Both the position numbers and the translations under genes were made by a program. Shown one piece after another: positions 24,601-37,400 of a stretch of 64,000 nucleotides of DNA. How positions within the stretch are numbered: the stretch's first letter is position 1; each line of letters opens with the position of its first letter. The notes under the pieces are model-generated. The model did no database searches, had not been told where the DNA came from, and saw only the letters and a program-made list of their open reading frames with translations. Source of the DNA: Tubiluchus corallicola (taxonomy: Eukaryota; Animalia; Priapulida); NCBI GenBank assembly GCA_030141605.1, contig JAQGDQ010000947.1, positions 1-64,000 of the forward strand, in the 5' to 3' direction.

Positions 24601-26765
24601 CTTCTTCAGGTACCTTTGATCCTGAAACGAGTCTCATTCCATTGTGATCGTAAATGAGAGCTGACACAGAAGATCTATGTCCACTGAATGCCAGACTCTT
24701 CTCACCAGTCAAGGCATTAAATACTGCAATGGATCCATCGCTGTAACCGACTGCAATGTGGCGTTTGTCAGGTGAGGCGGCGACGATTGTCGCTTCTTGT
24801 TTCTCGCCACGTAGTTGAGTCACCTAAAAAGTGACACAATTTTTATGCTGACATTTTTATGTTGGAAACAATTATTGCTATTCTTCAACATTATTCACAA
24901 CCTGAAAAATTATTCAAGATTTGGATAGTTGAATTCAGGCATAACATAGTGCAAAACCCGGGACTGAACCAGGGACCTTGTAGAAACTTTGTAGCAGTAT
25001 GCATAAAAGGAATGAATTTGTAGAGAGCTTGAAGTGTATTAGACTGAAGTTAGTGTAGACTGGCTCTGGTGGTCGAAACGAAACCATAAAATTGTGTTGA
25101 ACTGTGGAAGACTTTATTTCTATTTACATATTACACCATTATTTACAGGAGAGAAAACACATGGTGAACATTCAACAGTAATGCTCAAGAAGGGGAAAAA
25201 GGGAAGGTCTGGCCTTGGCAGAGCTACCCAAGTCACATGCACCCACTGAGCTTACCTGATTAGCTAGTAAAACACACTAACAATCAACGCTACCATATAT
25301 GGTAAGCGCAACAGGTACAGGTGACCGAGCAGCACTGACCAAGGCCACAACCTGAATTAAACTTGACTCACTTCAATAATAAATAATTTTAAATGTAGGT
25401 GGCAGCACACATTAAATTCTTATTGTAGTACTTTAAATTAAGAATTGCAAATGAAATGTGCAACAAGTGAGCATATTAGTTAAAGACTAGTTTCCCATAG
25501 ACAGCTTTAGTTTCTACTTGGAAAACTGAAAGGTACAAAAATATGCGGGTGTCTAAACTCTATACTATTTAGCGGAATTGGAACACTTGTACTTTTTCTG
25601 TCTATAGTATTTAGTATCTCATAATAAAAAAAAAATCCCTATTTGTGACCAAGAATCGTTACTGAAAATGTAAAATAATAAAATGTAAAACCTTATTGTT
25701 TGAATGCAATGAAACACGTATGGTCTTGTATACCACTTTTCGAAGCTATGACAGACTTAATTCACAACATAACAGAAATAAATTAGATTTCAAACAGTGC
25801 AAATTAAAAACAGTACCGCAAAAGCAACTGGAAAGGCAAAACATGTTGCATAAAAATAGCAAAAGTCATCTTTTCTTTTCAAAATGTACCGTATTCATTG
25901 GAGTATAACGCGCACCCCTAATTTTCGATTCAAAATCGGCTCTGACCAAGCATTCTAAGTGACAAACGTTGTTGAACACGTGCGGCCATGATAAAAATCG
26001 TTTATTGACAATGTAAAGTAAACTATGAACATCACAGGGGATAACAAGAATTCTTGGAAATGACACCGTATGACAAAGTCTGCTGATGATGCAAATATTA
26101 TTGATTATTTCCTTAGCTATGCCTCGCCTCTGCAGCGAGTGTTGCGCATGAGCCATTGAGAATTATTTATTTTAGATCCACAACGTCCACGCAAGGATAC
26201 TGTTACTAAAAATAGACCATAGGCGTTTTGTGGGTCGAGAGATGTTGTTGCATTCAATGCTTTGCGATTGTGGTCAGCGATTCTTCGACTAATGAGTCAT
26301 TGCACAAATAATATATTGATACATCTAAGCATGTCACCCCAGCCCTCGTTTATAACGTGCACCCAAACTTTGAGTTCTTTTTTCGGTAGAAAAGTTTGCG
26401 CGTTATACTCGAATAAATACGGTAAATCTATGCTACTGACATACACATTCTTTAACAACAGACCATAATGATGACTGTGCTGAGCACTTACTAAGTGTCA
26501 ATTTTTGGTACATTTCTATTGCGTAATTGCTCCGTTATTTCTACATATTTGATAAACGAATATCATGCATAGTATGCTGAAAAACTGTTACCATTTCGGC
26601 CTTGCGCAGATCCCAAATAAGCACATTTTCACAGGCAGCAACAGCACAGAATTTTCCCATTTGTGCTCGCAGCTCAACATATTTAATGTTGCTCTTATGA
26701 CTGCCGATGAGTCCAAATACAGAAGTGGGGACGTAACGCAAATACTGCTTTGTTATACCCATCAT
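21607..26765 (-). pseudogene. WDR3: Second copy of WDR3 coding exons 1-5, also ending at the palindrome centre
   Basis: Exons 26765-26592, 24823-24614, 23397-23279, 22405-22327, 21807-21607. Frame open; lies head-to-head with the intact MRPL19. Confidence 0.88.
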
Positions 26766-26895
26766 GTACCTGAAATATTAAAAAAAGTAGTAAGTGAAAC
26801 ATGAATAGAATGGCAACATATGCAGGCGCAACAGAATGAAACATTTCTTTGCCTCTCAGAATCACTCATTTGCCTAATGGTATTACTCAACAATT

Positions 26896-27548
26896 ACCAT
26901 CACCAACACGAGATCTATTCATCACCAACACGCGATCTATTCATCACCAACATGAGATCTATTCATCACCAACATGAGATCTATTCATCACCAACACGAG
27001 ATCTATTCATCACCAACATGAGATCTATTCATTACCAACACGAGATCTATTCATCGCCAACATGAGATCTATTCATCAGCAACATGAGATCTATTCATCA
27101 CCAATATTGAGATCTATTCATCACCAACATGAGATCTATTCATCACCAACATGAGATCTATTCATCACCAATATTGAGATCTATTCATCACCAACATGAG
27201 ATCTATTCATCACCAACATGAGGTCTATTCATCACCAACATGAGATCTATTCATCACCAACATGAGATCTGTTCATCACCAATATCGAGATCCATTCATC
27301 GCCAATGTGAGATCTATTCATCGCCAACATGAGATCTATTCATCACCAATATTGAGATCTATTCATCACCAGCGTGAGATCAATTCATCACCAACATGAG
27401 ATCTATTCATCACCAATATCGAGATCCATTCATCGCCAATGTGAGATCTATTCATCGCCAACATGAGATCTATTCATCACCAATATTGAGATCTATTCAT
27501 CACCAGCGTGAGATCAATTCATCACCAACGTGAGATCTTTTCATCGTT
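26896..27548. repeat. 22-bp minisatellite, ~29 copies (longer mirror of 13225..13500)
   Basis: Unit ACATGAGATCTATTCATCACCA. Confidence 0.95.
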
Positions 27549-30500
27549 AGTCATCAAATAACAGCATATCTTAAACATATCTTACATGATGTGAATATTC
27601 TAGCATGTATGCCCAAGAACATTCTGTACAGCAAACTCGCCACTGGCTCCAGACCCACAGGGAGGCCACTGCTCCGCTACAAAGATGTATGTAAACAGGA
27701 CCTCAAGGCAGGCGGCATTATGATACCACGTACTGTTTGGCCTGACAAACTATGCATTTAGCTTCAAACTGTATTCATCAAAATTATTGTGTATTGTGCA
27801 CGTGTATATGCTAGCTGCTAAAGACTTCTTATTTTATTTGTATTATCTGGACTATATCGCATTGTATTTACTTTACTGGATAATTATCTGTATTGTGGTG
27901 ATAATTGTAAGATGCAGTGTGGAAAAGAATACACTCTTAAACTATTGATGAACCTTATAAAGCAGGTCGAAAACATCTGTGGTCTATTCTTACAGCATTG
28001 CTTAGACTGTTAAATGTTTTTAATACTGTACAAAACCCTTGTATGGCTGAATGTACGCCCAGTAATGGAGTATGGAGACAGTCAGACGAAATATGGTAAT
28101 CAGTTAAGTTAGAATATATTAGAAAGGTAGAAACCATCCAGAGTCACACAACGAAACTGGTACCAGGACTGCATGATCTATCATACTCCAAACATATGCA
28201 GAGATTGGAACAAGTTGCGCACACATGTCAGGTCACTTTAAAAGACATTTGACAAATGATGGTGGGCAGACCATCCGGAGAAATAAAATAAAACCTTTCA
28301 AACCGAGTAGACGCTAGAGGCGTTGCAGTAATCATCATTTCTACGTGTCACAGCAGACAGCGAAAAATTCAGACGTTAATTGCTTCACGTTTGTACATGC
28401 AACCAGTTTAGTACGAAAATGGAGAAAACAATGGGCAAAAAAGCCGATGCTTCGCCTAGTACATTACGGAATAACATCGATTATTAATCGAATCATATAA
28501 TACAGTATTATTATTTTAATACAAATCATCATAATTATGCCCATCACGTCTACTGTAGACAATGGGCAGGCAGAATTCCAAAATAAAGAAATCTGTCCTA
28601 AAGACTGGTAAACACAGCAATTTAATGTAGCAAAAAAACACAAGCTATACCAGTGGCTTGTAAGCACTACTTCCCAGGTACGGGTAGGATTATGCACAGG
28701 ACACGTGAAAACCGCGAATGAGCTATGGAAAACGCCATTTGCGTGACGTCAGAGCAAAAGTTCTGAAGTTAGCGTTTAGGTTGTATATAAATTCGTTATT
28801 CTTCTGCGTAAGTACATATCGAAGTGTACAAAGAGGAAGAACGAAAATTAAATAATTCGCACACGCACGCATGCACACAACAAGAATTGCATGATACAGT
28901 GCTTCATATATTCAATTCAATTCAAAACGTGTATTTATTTCCATATTCATGATATAACTGAGGCAAGTAAATGTATTTAATTTTCTCAATGGAAATACGA
29001 TGGTGAAAGACCAAGAGGGTCAACTAGTCAAGCCATCCTTCAACGGATGTATGTGATTATTGGGATGACACTGTAACTATTTCACTCATGAATAGTAGTG
29101 AAATTACATTGTTACTATTTTACTTAGCAACTTGATCTGTTTAAAATTCTCTAATCAACTTTAAATAACTGAAGGATGAAAATGCAATCAAAGATATCTA
29201 AACATACAGGAAAATGATAAACAAAAAGCAATGGTAAGCAAAAGCCAAATAATGTGGTACAAATGAATAAAAAATGATCAAAATTCAAGCTGTCATAATT
29301 TTATAACTAACTCCAACTCACAACAAAGGCCAACGTATGATTATATGCTTTTTAAACATTTTTTAACTTGGAATTAACAAAACATGCAGATGCTCAGATT
29401 AGGTTTTGTTCTAGAAAATTATTTGCTCTTCTAAAAAATCGATTTTTTTCTATGAAAGGTATTACGCATGAAAGTCAGGCCTAATATTTCCTGATAAGAA
29501 CATTAAATAGGAATGTTTTTTCGAAAAAATATTTCTGCAGAAATCGAATACTACATGAGCCAGGTATTTGCAAACTTTCTTTTTGATCAACTTTCTTAAT
29601 TTCTTTTGCAAATAAGCCTATTAATTTTTATGAGATATGATTATAATAATTTTTATTTTAACTACTAATTATTCTTAATGCCTTATGCTTGCTTTAAATA
29701 ATATTCAAAAATATAACAGGTGCTATAAATCGCTAAAAAGAGATGTAGGCTTAGCAGTCTTTGCTTAGTGTACAAAATATTTAACTTGTAACAAAAAGTT
29801 ACTGAACTGTCGCTAGGGCGACACTAACTGCGCGAACTACTGCGCAGTATGTTTCCCTACTTTCTGTGGTTTATAGTCTTTGTACATATGTATATTCATA
29901 ATCTTTACTTAAAGTCGGGTGTTCAACAGAAGAACAGCCAAATAGGCTATTCATACCGACTAAACTATAGTATGCTAAAACAATTTACTAAAATAGACAC
30001 ACACTATTACTCAAACTGGAAATAAAATCAAAAAATGAAAAAGGGGTATTATAAAAAAGTATGCAAAATATAAAAATAAAATCATACAAGGATAAAAACA
30101 AGCCGGCCACAAATATTTAAAAAGGTGTGCATCACTTAATTCTGAGAATATGAAAGATTATATGGAGATAAAAAAACACTAAAACTGATCCATTAAAATA
30201 ATGAAGATACAGTGTACTTAAGAATAATTAACACAAATTAGGTAGCACAAGCTGAGCACCTACATGTGTCCCCACTCCATTTGTTAATTTGCCTCAAGAA
30301 ATCATATAATTAGTTTGTACACTAACTCTACGAGTTAGTTTGTTTACCTTCGGAATATAATGCCACAGGAAAAGCAATGGCACAGATCGAAAGTAGGTAA
30401 AATGGCACAGGAAAAATGGCATTGTAAAAATGGCACAGAAACAAATCGCACATGTTACATGTACAATTCAATTCAATTCAGTTTTATTTGTACAAATACA

Positions 30501-31329
30501 TACAATGTACATTGGCAAAGCAATGCACGTAAATACTACATAACCCATTGAATACTGCATAAACTGGCTGTGTGCAAGGTTATTTTCATAAACAAAATTT
30601 AATTTTAAGATATAGTATACTGATACTAACATCACAGTTACATAAAAATTGTGTAACTTTAGCAATAGAAAAAAAGACCCAAAAGTAGTAGTTTAGTAGG
30701 TATGTGTACCAGCTTTTTGTTTCAACGAAAGTTGAAAAAAATTGGTTAGAATCTGCTGCCAGATTTCTTATTCCAGAAATGGATTACAAATGGATTAGAA
30801 ATCTCAAATAATTCGGTCTGATTCATATATTCGAAAGTCTCTAATTCGATTAGATTCTAATTTCTTATCATCTTATCTAGGTGCTTGCTAGGGTCGATGG
30901 CTCGACGCCTCTACAGGCCTACCAGTACATTTGTATTTTCCCTGGGTTGTGCTTATAATTCATTTAATGCCACTGGACTTGATTAGCGATCGTCGTGTTT
31001 AATTTTCAACTTTGCTGTTTCGCTTTTGCCAATAACGAGGTCCGATTAGCGTATGCTGTAAAATTGCTGTTTTTGCGAGCGACCTGCTGAACTTGCTTGT
31101 TCTGCTAATTATGGCTTCTTTTTGTAAATTCTGTGGCAGTTTGATATCTGATGGTGTACGTAATTTGTCGAGAAGCAAGAGATGTATCCGCATGTTGACG
31201 CCAAAGACTTGTAAGTGAGAAATATTAGTATGTTATTTGTTAACATAAAGTGGAGTTTAAAGCAAAAGCCAAGTTTATCTGGAAGCTGAGCTTTTTTGAG
31301 GAAAATTATAGAAAGTTTCAGCCATAAAA

Positions 31330-31420
31330 ATGCAATACGCGCCTCGTGTAATTAGTAAAATCAATTTGAAGTCCCAACACGTCACGCTTGGACGCGCTCA
31401 TTTTGGCGAAAAATGGCGTC
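31330..31420 (+). promoter_or_regulatory. Putative MRPL19 promoter (mirror at ~8750-8840)
   Basis: CpG-rich patch with ACGTCA (CRE half-site) and AAAATGGCG (YY1-like, overlapping the ATG) in an AT-rich background. Confidence 0.4.
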
Positions 31421-34400
31421 ATTTGGTTGTCGTGCAGTACTAATCCCACCAGGTACTTGAGCAATCTTTTTATTGACTTATACTTATAGAGCGAACTCTA
31501 TCGACTACTATATGCTCGCAAGTTTTCGTGCGTGTCTGAAAGTCAACAAAAATCTGAAAATTACTTATAGGTTCTCCTAGGTTGATTTGTATTTTTGTAT
31601 ATTTTATTCTTAAATTATTGTAAATTTATGGAGTAAAATAAAAATTACTTACTTGTACAGTTAATATATGCTACTTGCACATTTTAAGGTATTATCCTAT
31701 GGATTAAAGTTGTGTAACAACTTTAAATTGATCCAATGACTAATTTTTATATAAAAGTCGGCTGCCTCATCTTCTTGCGAAGAAATTGGCTTAAAAGGTT
31801 CTCATAATCATAAAAACATTGAAAATCTGTTGCTGTGTGATGCTCGTATTCTCATAAAACATTTAGCAGTTGGCGGTGCCTTTGTTTTCTCGCAAGTAGT
31901 TTTGTCGTCCTCTGTATGTTTGTCTTGACACGCACTTGCTATGGTGATGATTTTGTGTTCCGTTATTTGCGGTGTAACTTGAATGACCGAATCAATTTGC
32001 ACCCAGATTTCGAATTCGATGCTGCTCATACCAGGTGGTGATAGGCTTATCCCTTGCAACATAGTAAGAATTTCATTATCAGTTTTCTTCAGGCATGTGA
32101 ATCGTACGTGACTGAAACAGTTCTGAATAGAGTGTTGACTGAATTGAATTGCTCCATGACATAGCCAATAGATGCAGTGTGTTCAGAAAACTTTTTTTAG
32201 CCATGTCATTTGCACTTAATTGATGAGCTGCATCATCCGAATCCATTGCTTCTAACACTTTCGCCCGCATTTCTCTTCTATAGTATGCCTTCAGTGTTGG
32301 AATAATACCCTGATCTCACAGCTGAATGAGTTGTGTGGCGTTTGTTTACCAGTAAAAACAGCATTTCTTGAACGTTCAGATGCTAGATTCTCATTTTGGC
32401 TTGCTGACTGTTTAACTTGTGATAGTTTCTTTCAAAATTCTGCCAATAGTTTGGGAACTTTTCAACTGCGCTGCTGCACACCACCTCTGTCCGGAATTTT
32501 CAGAAATTTATCGTGCCACTCTAAAATTTTCAGTTTTTCCTTAACTGTTAAATCCTTAAGCTTATGCTCCATTTTCAAACTTCTGAACTCTATGCTGTTA
32601 TTTCATCTATGATGTTTACTCTTGTCAGCCACACGGAGTACCAGCTGATTACAGTTCCTGCATCTTTGACAGTTAACTGAAGTCGCGTGATTTGCTTAAA
32701 AGCCACTCAAATTGAAACCAATAGACAAGTGATTAAATATTTAGTTTCTAGAAATTGTTGGGTAATGAGGTTAATTGCAGTGGATGAGCAGGTAACAGAT
32801 TCAAATCAAAACTGCTGTGCTTGCGTATTAGCACATGACAAACGTAGCTGCTTACAAACAACACTGCTTACTTACAACAACTTAAGTTGTTATTTTGCAT
32901 TTTAGTATCTTTGTCATGGCAGTTCTGTGGCTTGTGCTGAATGCTGCATATATTACTGGATTAATGGCGCTATTTGCATAAACCAGCCATATTCCAGGTG
33001 CAAACTTATCCCTTGTTATACACTTGCATTTTGCATTGATTATTGGCACAATTATAGACGGCAACCAGAAAACAATAGCAGCAAGCACCACAGCACCCAG
33101 AGTTTTTGTCGCCTTTAGTTCTTTAAGCTGTCTCATCGCGCCCTGTGAAGGTTGTTGACTTTGGTCGTCTACACGCTGCGCTTGTCGCCATGCTGCTTTC
33201 CACACGACAGCAGTTAACGTAATCGTCACCAGAATTACAGGAATCATCAGCATTTCAAAAAGAGCGAAAAGAAACGGTGTCAAATGTGGTGTAAGTAAAG
33301 TCGCTCGCACGTATCCCGTGGTTGTTCCCGTTATCCAAATCCCAGCTATGGATAGTGACACCATTTTTGTATTCACGTAGACATTGCATCTTAGAGGATG
33401 CACGATTGTGATATACCTCTCCACAGCTATCAGTAGGATGTGATATACGCTTACTGTAGTTGTTGAAAGACCTACAAATGGTGAGAGTTTTTGAAATACT
33501 CTTATCCTTCTAGAGAAGTCGCGGGCAATTAGGAATGGTAATGCAAAAGCACCAACCATCAAATCTGCCGCTGCTAGAGATACAATGATGGCATTTTTTC
33601 GAGTGTGTAGCAATTTTGTGTTTGCTATGGCAACCAGTACAAGTGTGTTTCCTACCACGGTAATTACAGAGATTATGCTCGAGATGATTACTTCAACAAT
33701 ACTGGCTTTGTAACTAGGAACAATATCTGCTTCTCCGAAGCTGTTTGTAAAATTGCTGTTGTTGCCCAGCAACTCCGGTTCTGACATCTCAGTTTTCCGC
33801 TCGTAGAACACAATTTCTTTTCACAGTTTTTTAATTGTAGTTTTCATTTAATCGTCTTCCTACATTACATTTTCACAACCCGTTTTCACCTTGTTCACGT
33901 TTACGATAGATTTTATTATAAGTATTGTTTTTTAATTTCTCCGGTGAAAATGCCATGCATCTGAATCCGAGACCTTAATACAAGTTGCAACATTTACTTT
34001 GAAACCTGCACCATTTACATATGCATTACAGTTGCCTTTACCAATAGATGCAAACATTTTGCTTCACATGCTTTGGTATTGTTGTATTAGCTGTACAAAT
34101 AATTGGTGGATATGCCTACAATGACAAATGCTATGGATTATTAATCAACATGCGAAAATGTTTTCTTTCTGCTCTATCCAATGTTTTTATGTTAACTGTC
34201 ATGTACTCCGTTCAAGCTCAGCTGTCATTTTTAACTTCTTTTGTACATGATCGGATGAACTCTTTCACTGCTAAGCGTGACCGAAATGCTCCTAGGTGTG
34301 AAGAGTCTTCAGTGCATGTTGGAGATTTGTGAAACTTACGCCAGCAAATATTCCCTTAATTTTGTTAATATTCATGGGAACAAAGTAAAATATAAATGTA

Positions 34401-37400
34401 TGTTATTCACTCTCCGCAATCCTCATCATTTACGTAATAGGGAACCACAGGTATTTCTCGATGCACCTTTAACTTTGCATAAAACTCTCATTTAGGTCAT
34501 ATATTAACTTCTGACTTGTCTGACAGCGCTGTTATACCTTGTTCAAAAAATGTTTTTGTTTTTAGGGCCAATAGTGTTATTTCGAATTTCTATCTGGTTA
34601 GTTTTAAAGTGAAAATTAAAATAGTCCAGATGATTTGTCAGTTACTTTGCGGATCTCATGCCTGGAAACTTATCAGTTGCAATATTGAAAATATTAACAC
34701 AGCTTGGAATATTGCTGGGAGAAAAATTTGGAATTGATCATATCACAGTTGTCGCTATTTGTTACCGTTTGTATGCAATACTAATCATCCTAGTAGTGTG
34801 GCATGTCATAAATCTTTCGTTAAGATGTATGTTAAAAGTTTACATAGCACTTACCAACCCAGTCTGCCCCTCAAAATGCATGAAACCCAAGGCCTTTTGG
34901 CTTTCTCGGGTATGACAGCTGCACAGCAAACAATGTTGTCGATCCTCTTTTGAATTTTTCCAATTGTGACCAAAGGGAGTCGTCCTTTAAATGAATGTCT
35001 TGCCATCAAATCCATCAGCAATATAAACATCTGTTTTGGTGAACATACATCGACATCCAATGTTTTAACTTCGTTTTAATTTAAAACGTAAAATACAAAT
35101 ATGGTAAAGCCGTGGACTTCGTAAATGCAGTGGTCATCACTTGTATTTTTAAAAAATTTTTGTTCACCGCCACCGCTCTCCTACTGCTGCTGCTCCTCCT
35201 GCTGGCGCCATCTATCCACTAAAAATTCAAACTCATACATCCCGCACTTCTCCATTCTTTTCAGCAGCATCAAGAACAAGTAGCGGGATAAGCATATCAG
35301 CTTCATCATGAGAATGATGGCCGATAGACTGGTCATACACATCTGGTTTATTAGCAAGTGTCGAGATTCCATATACTACCACTGAGTCCTGATCTCTTTT
35401 CTCAAAAACACAAAGCAACGCTTTTCCCAGGTGTACAGTCAGATCCACTTTGGTTTCAATGTGTCACAGAAAGGTTTTGAGTTGCACAAGCTCGTGGTGT
35501 CATAAGTCCCGTGCTTCTCTTTGACATTGTCTCAGATTTTGGTGAGTCTTTGATGTGGCAGCCAAAGATAACCCTTCGCTCTGTGTAACGTCTCATGATC
35601 TTATCAATTGCTTGCAGGTAGATTTCTGCAAGTCGTACCAGTTTGCCGTGCTTGGTTCTTTCTTAAATACTTCGGACAACAACCATGGCATAGATAATGC
35701 ACATTTTTTCTTAATCCATTCCCTGAAACGTATCTTGTAACATCTTTTACTTCTGAAGTGAAATTCTACGAAGGAATTTTCGCTGTAGTAATTAGAAGTT
35801 TTTAACCAGAACAAGGACTTTGGGATAACAGAGAACTCAGAACTGCCATTGGTGTCGCCTAACGTCTCTCCAAATTCAGGGCTTGACTCTTGTACAAATT
35901 AAAAGGCGAGCCAACAGTTGTCGCGGAGCTTTACCACCTTCTCCTGTACTTTGCATGCAATCTTCCTTTGACTGGGTGCAAAGTTGTATAGGCCGGCCTT
36001 TCCTCAAAAATGACAATATCAGTTTCATCTTCGGCACTGTTAAAACATCCTACTAGTCATTTTCTTTTATGTGAGAACTGTGACCTAGCTGTGGGTCCTT
36101 GAAAAATCCTAAACTCGCCAGTTTGTGCTACTAGATCCGTTTGTTCAGTAACACCAATATGCAATATTTAGTCTTTTGTACTTAATATTACTAAATTTGT
36201 CCTATTTTGGTTCCCAGAAAATGGAAGTCTGGGCAAATAGAATCATACGCAGAGAGAAACTAAGTTCATATTTGTATACAGCACTCTATAGCACCTCATT
36301 CTAGTAAGTTTCAGACTTGTACATTAAGTAATTGGAGTGTGCCCTACTTCTGGGCCAGAAGGAATACCGTAAAATGGGTTTCTGGGGCAATTGGAACCTT
36401 TCTTTTGAAGAAGCTAATATCAGATTAGCATTCAGCATCATAAAATACCCTTTCCTGCGATTTTTATGTATGTCTTTATATAGTCAACAATGGGGCATTC
36501 CTCTGATCTGCTTCCCAACTGAAAATGGCCCCCTCAAAATGGCACCCAATTTTTTTGGTCTGTGGGGTCACAATCCCTTACTTTTAAAAAAAATTAATTT
36601 TAGCACAAAAATCCCGCAGGAGCCAAAGATCGGACATAAGGAACCTTACTATTATTAAAAGGTGATTTCGGTAATCCATTATACATGTCTGTATATTTTC
36701 TTCATACTATGTCTATATACTTCATGACGTGTAAAGTGGCATTTACGTAGCATCCGGATGCGGAATAGATAAAATCAGTTTATATTGTTTTCAATACACC
36801 AGTTTATCCATCCTGAGTATGCATTATTTTTTTTCTGCAGCTATTTCCTGTTGATTTTTTTCCGCAGATTGTCCTGCACGTCGAAAACGCATCCGCATGC
36901 TACACACACACCGCTTTAATTGGCTTCTAGATACATTTACATGTGCAGTTCATCACAGTTGCAGTTTATAAATGTTTTATGTAGGCTTCAAAAGACCGTT
37001 GTCAACATCCACACAAATAGTTGCATCAGGACCACCGAGTACGTCAGAAAATGCAGAAAAAGAATCTTTAGAGGCTGCCCCTGCCCATTACAGGTTGGTT
37101 GTACTTATGTACGAGAAAATCCACTTTGTGTATAGTTGATAATGCACTATTGCACAAAATGTTTTATGTATTACAAATTCATGCACTATTGCACAAAATG
37201 TGTTATGTGTTACAAATTCATGCACTATTGCGCAAAATGTGTTATGTGTTACAAATTCATGCACTATTGCACAAAATGTGTTATGTATTACAAATTCATG
37301 CACTATTGCACAAAATGTGTTATCTATTACAAATTCATGCACTAGTGCTCAAAATGTGTTATGTGTTACAAATTTATGTACTATTGCACAAAATGTGTTA

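Noticed and set aside
32882-33811. Naming the GPCR as an adrenergic, octopamine, histamine or adenosine receptor
   Set aside because: It lacks the TM3 Asp and ECL2 Cys; no ortholog can be supported by eye.
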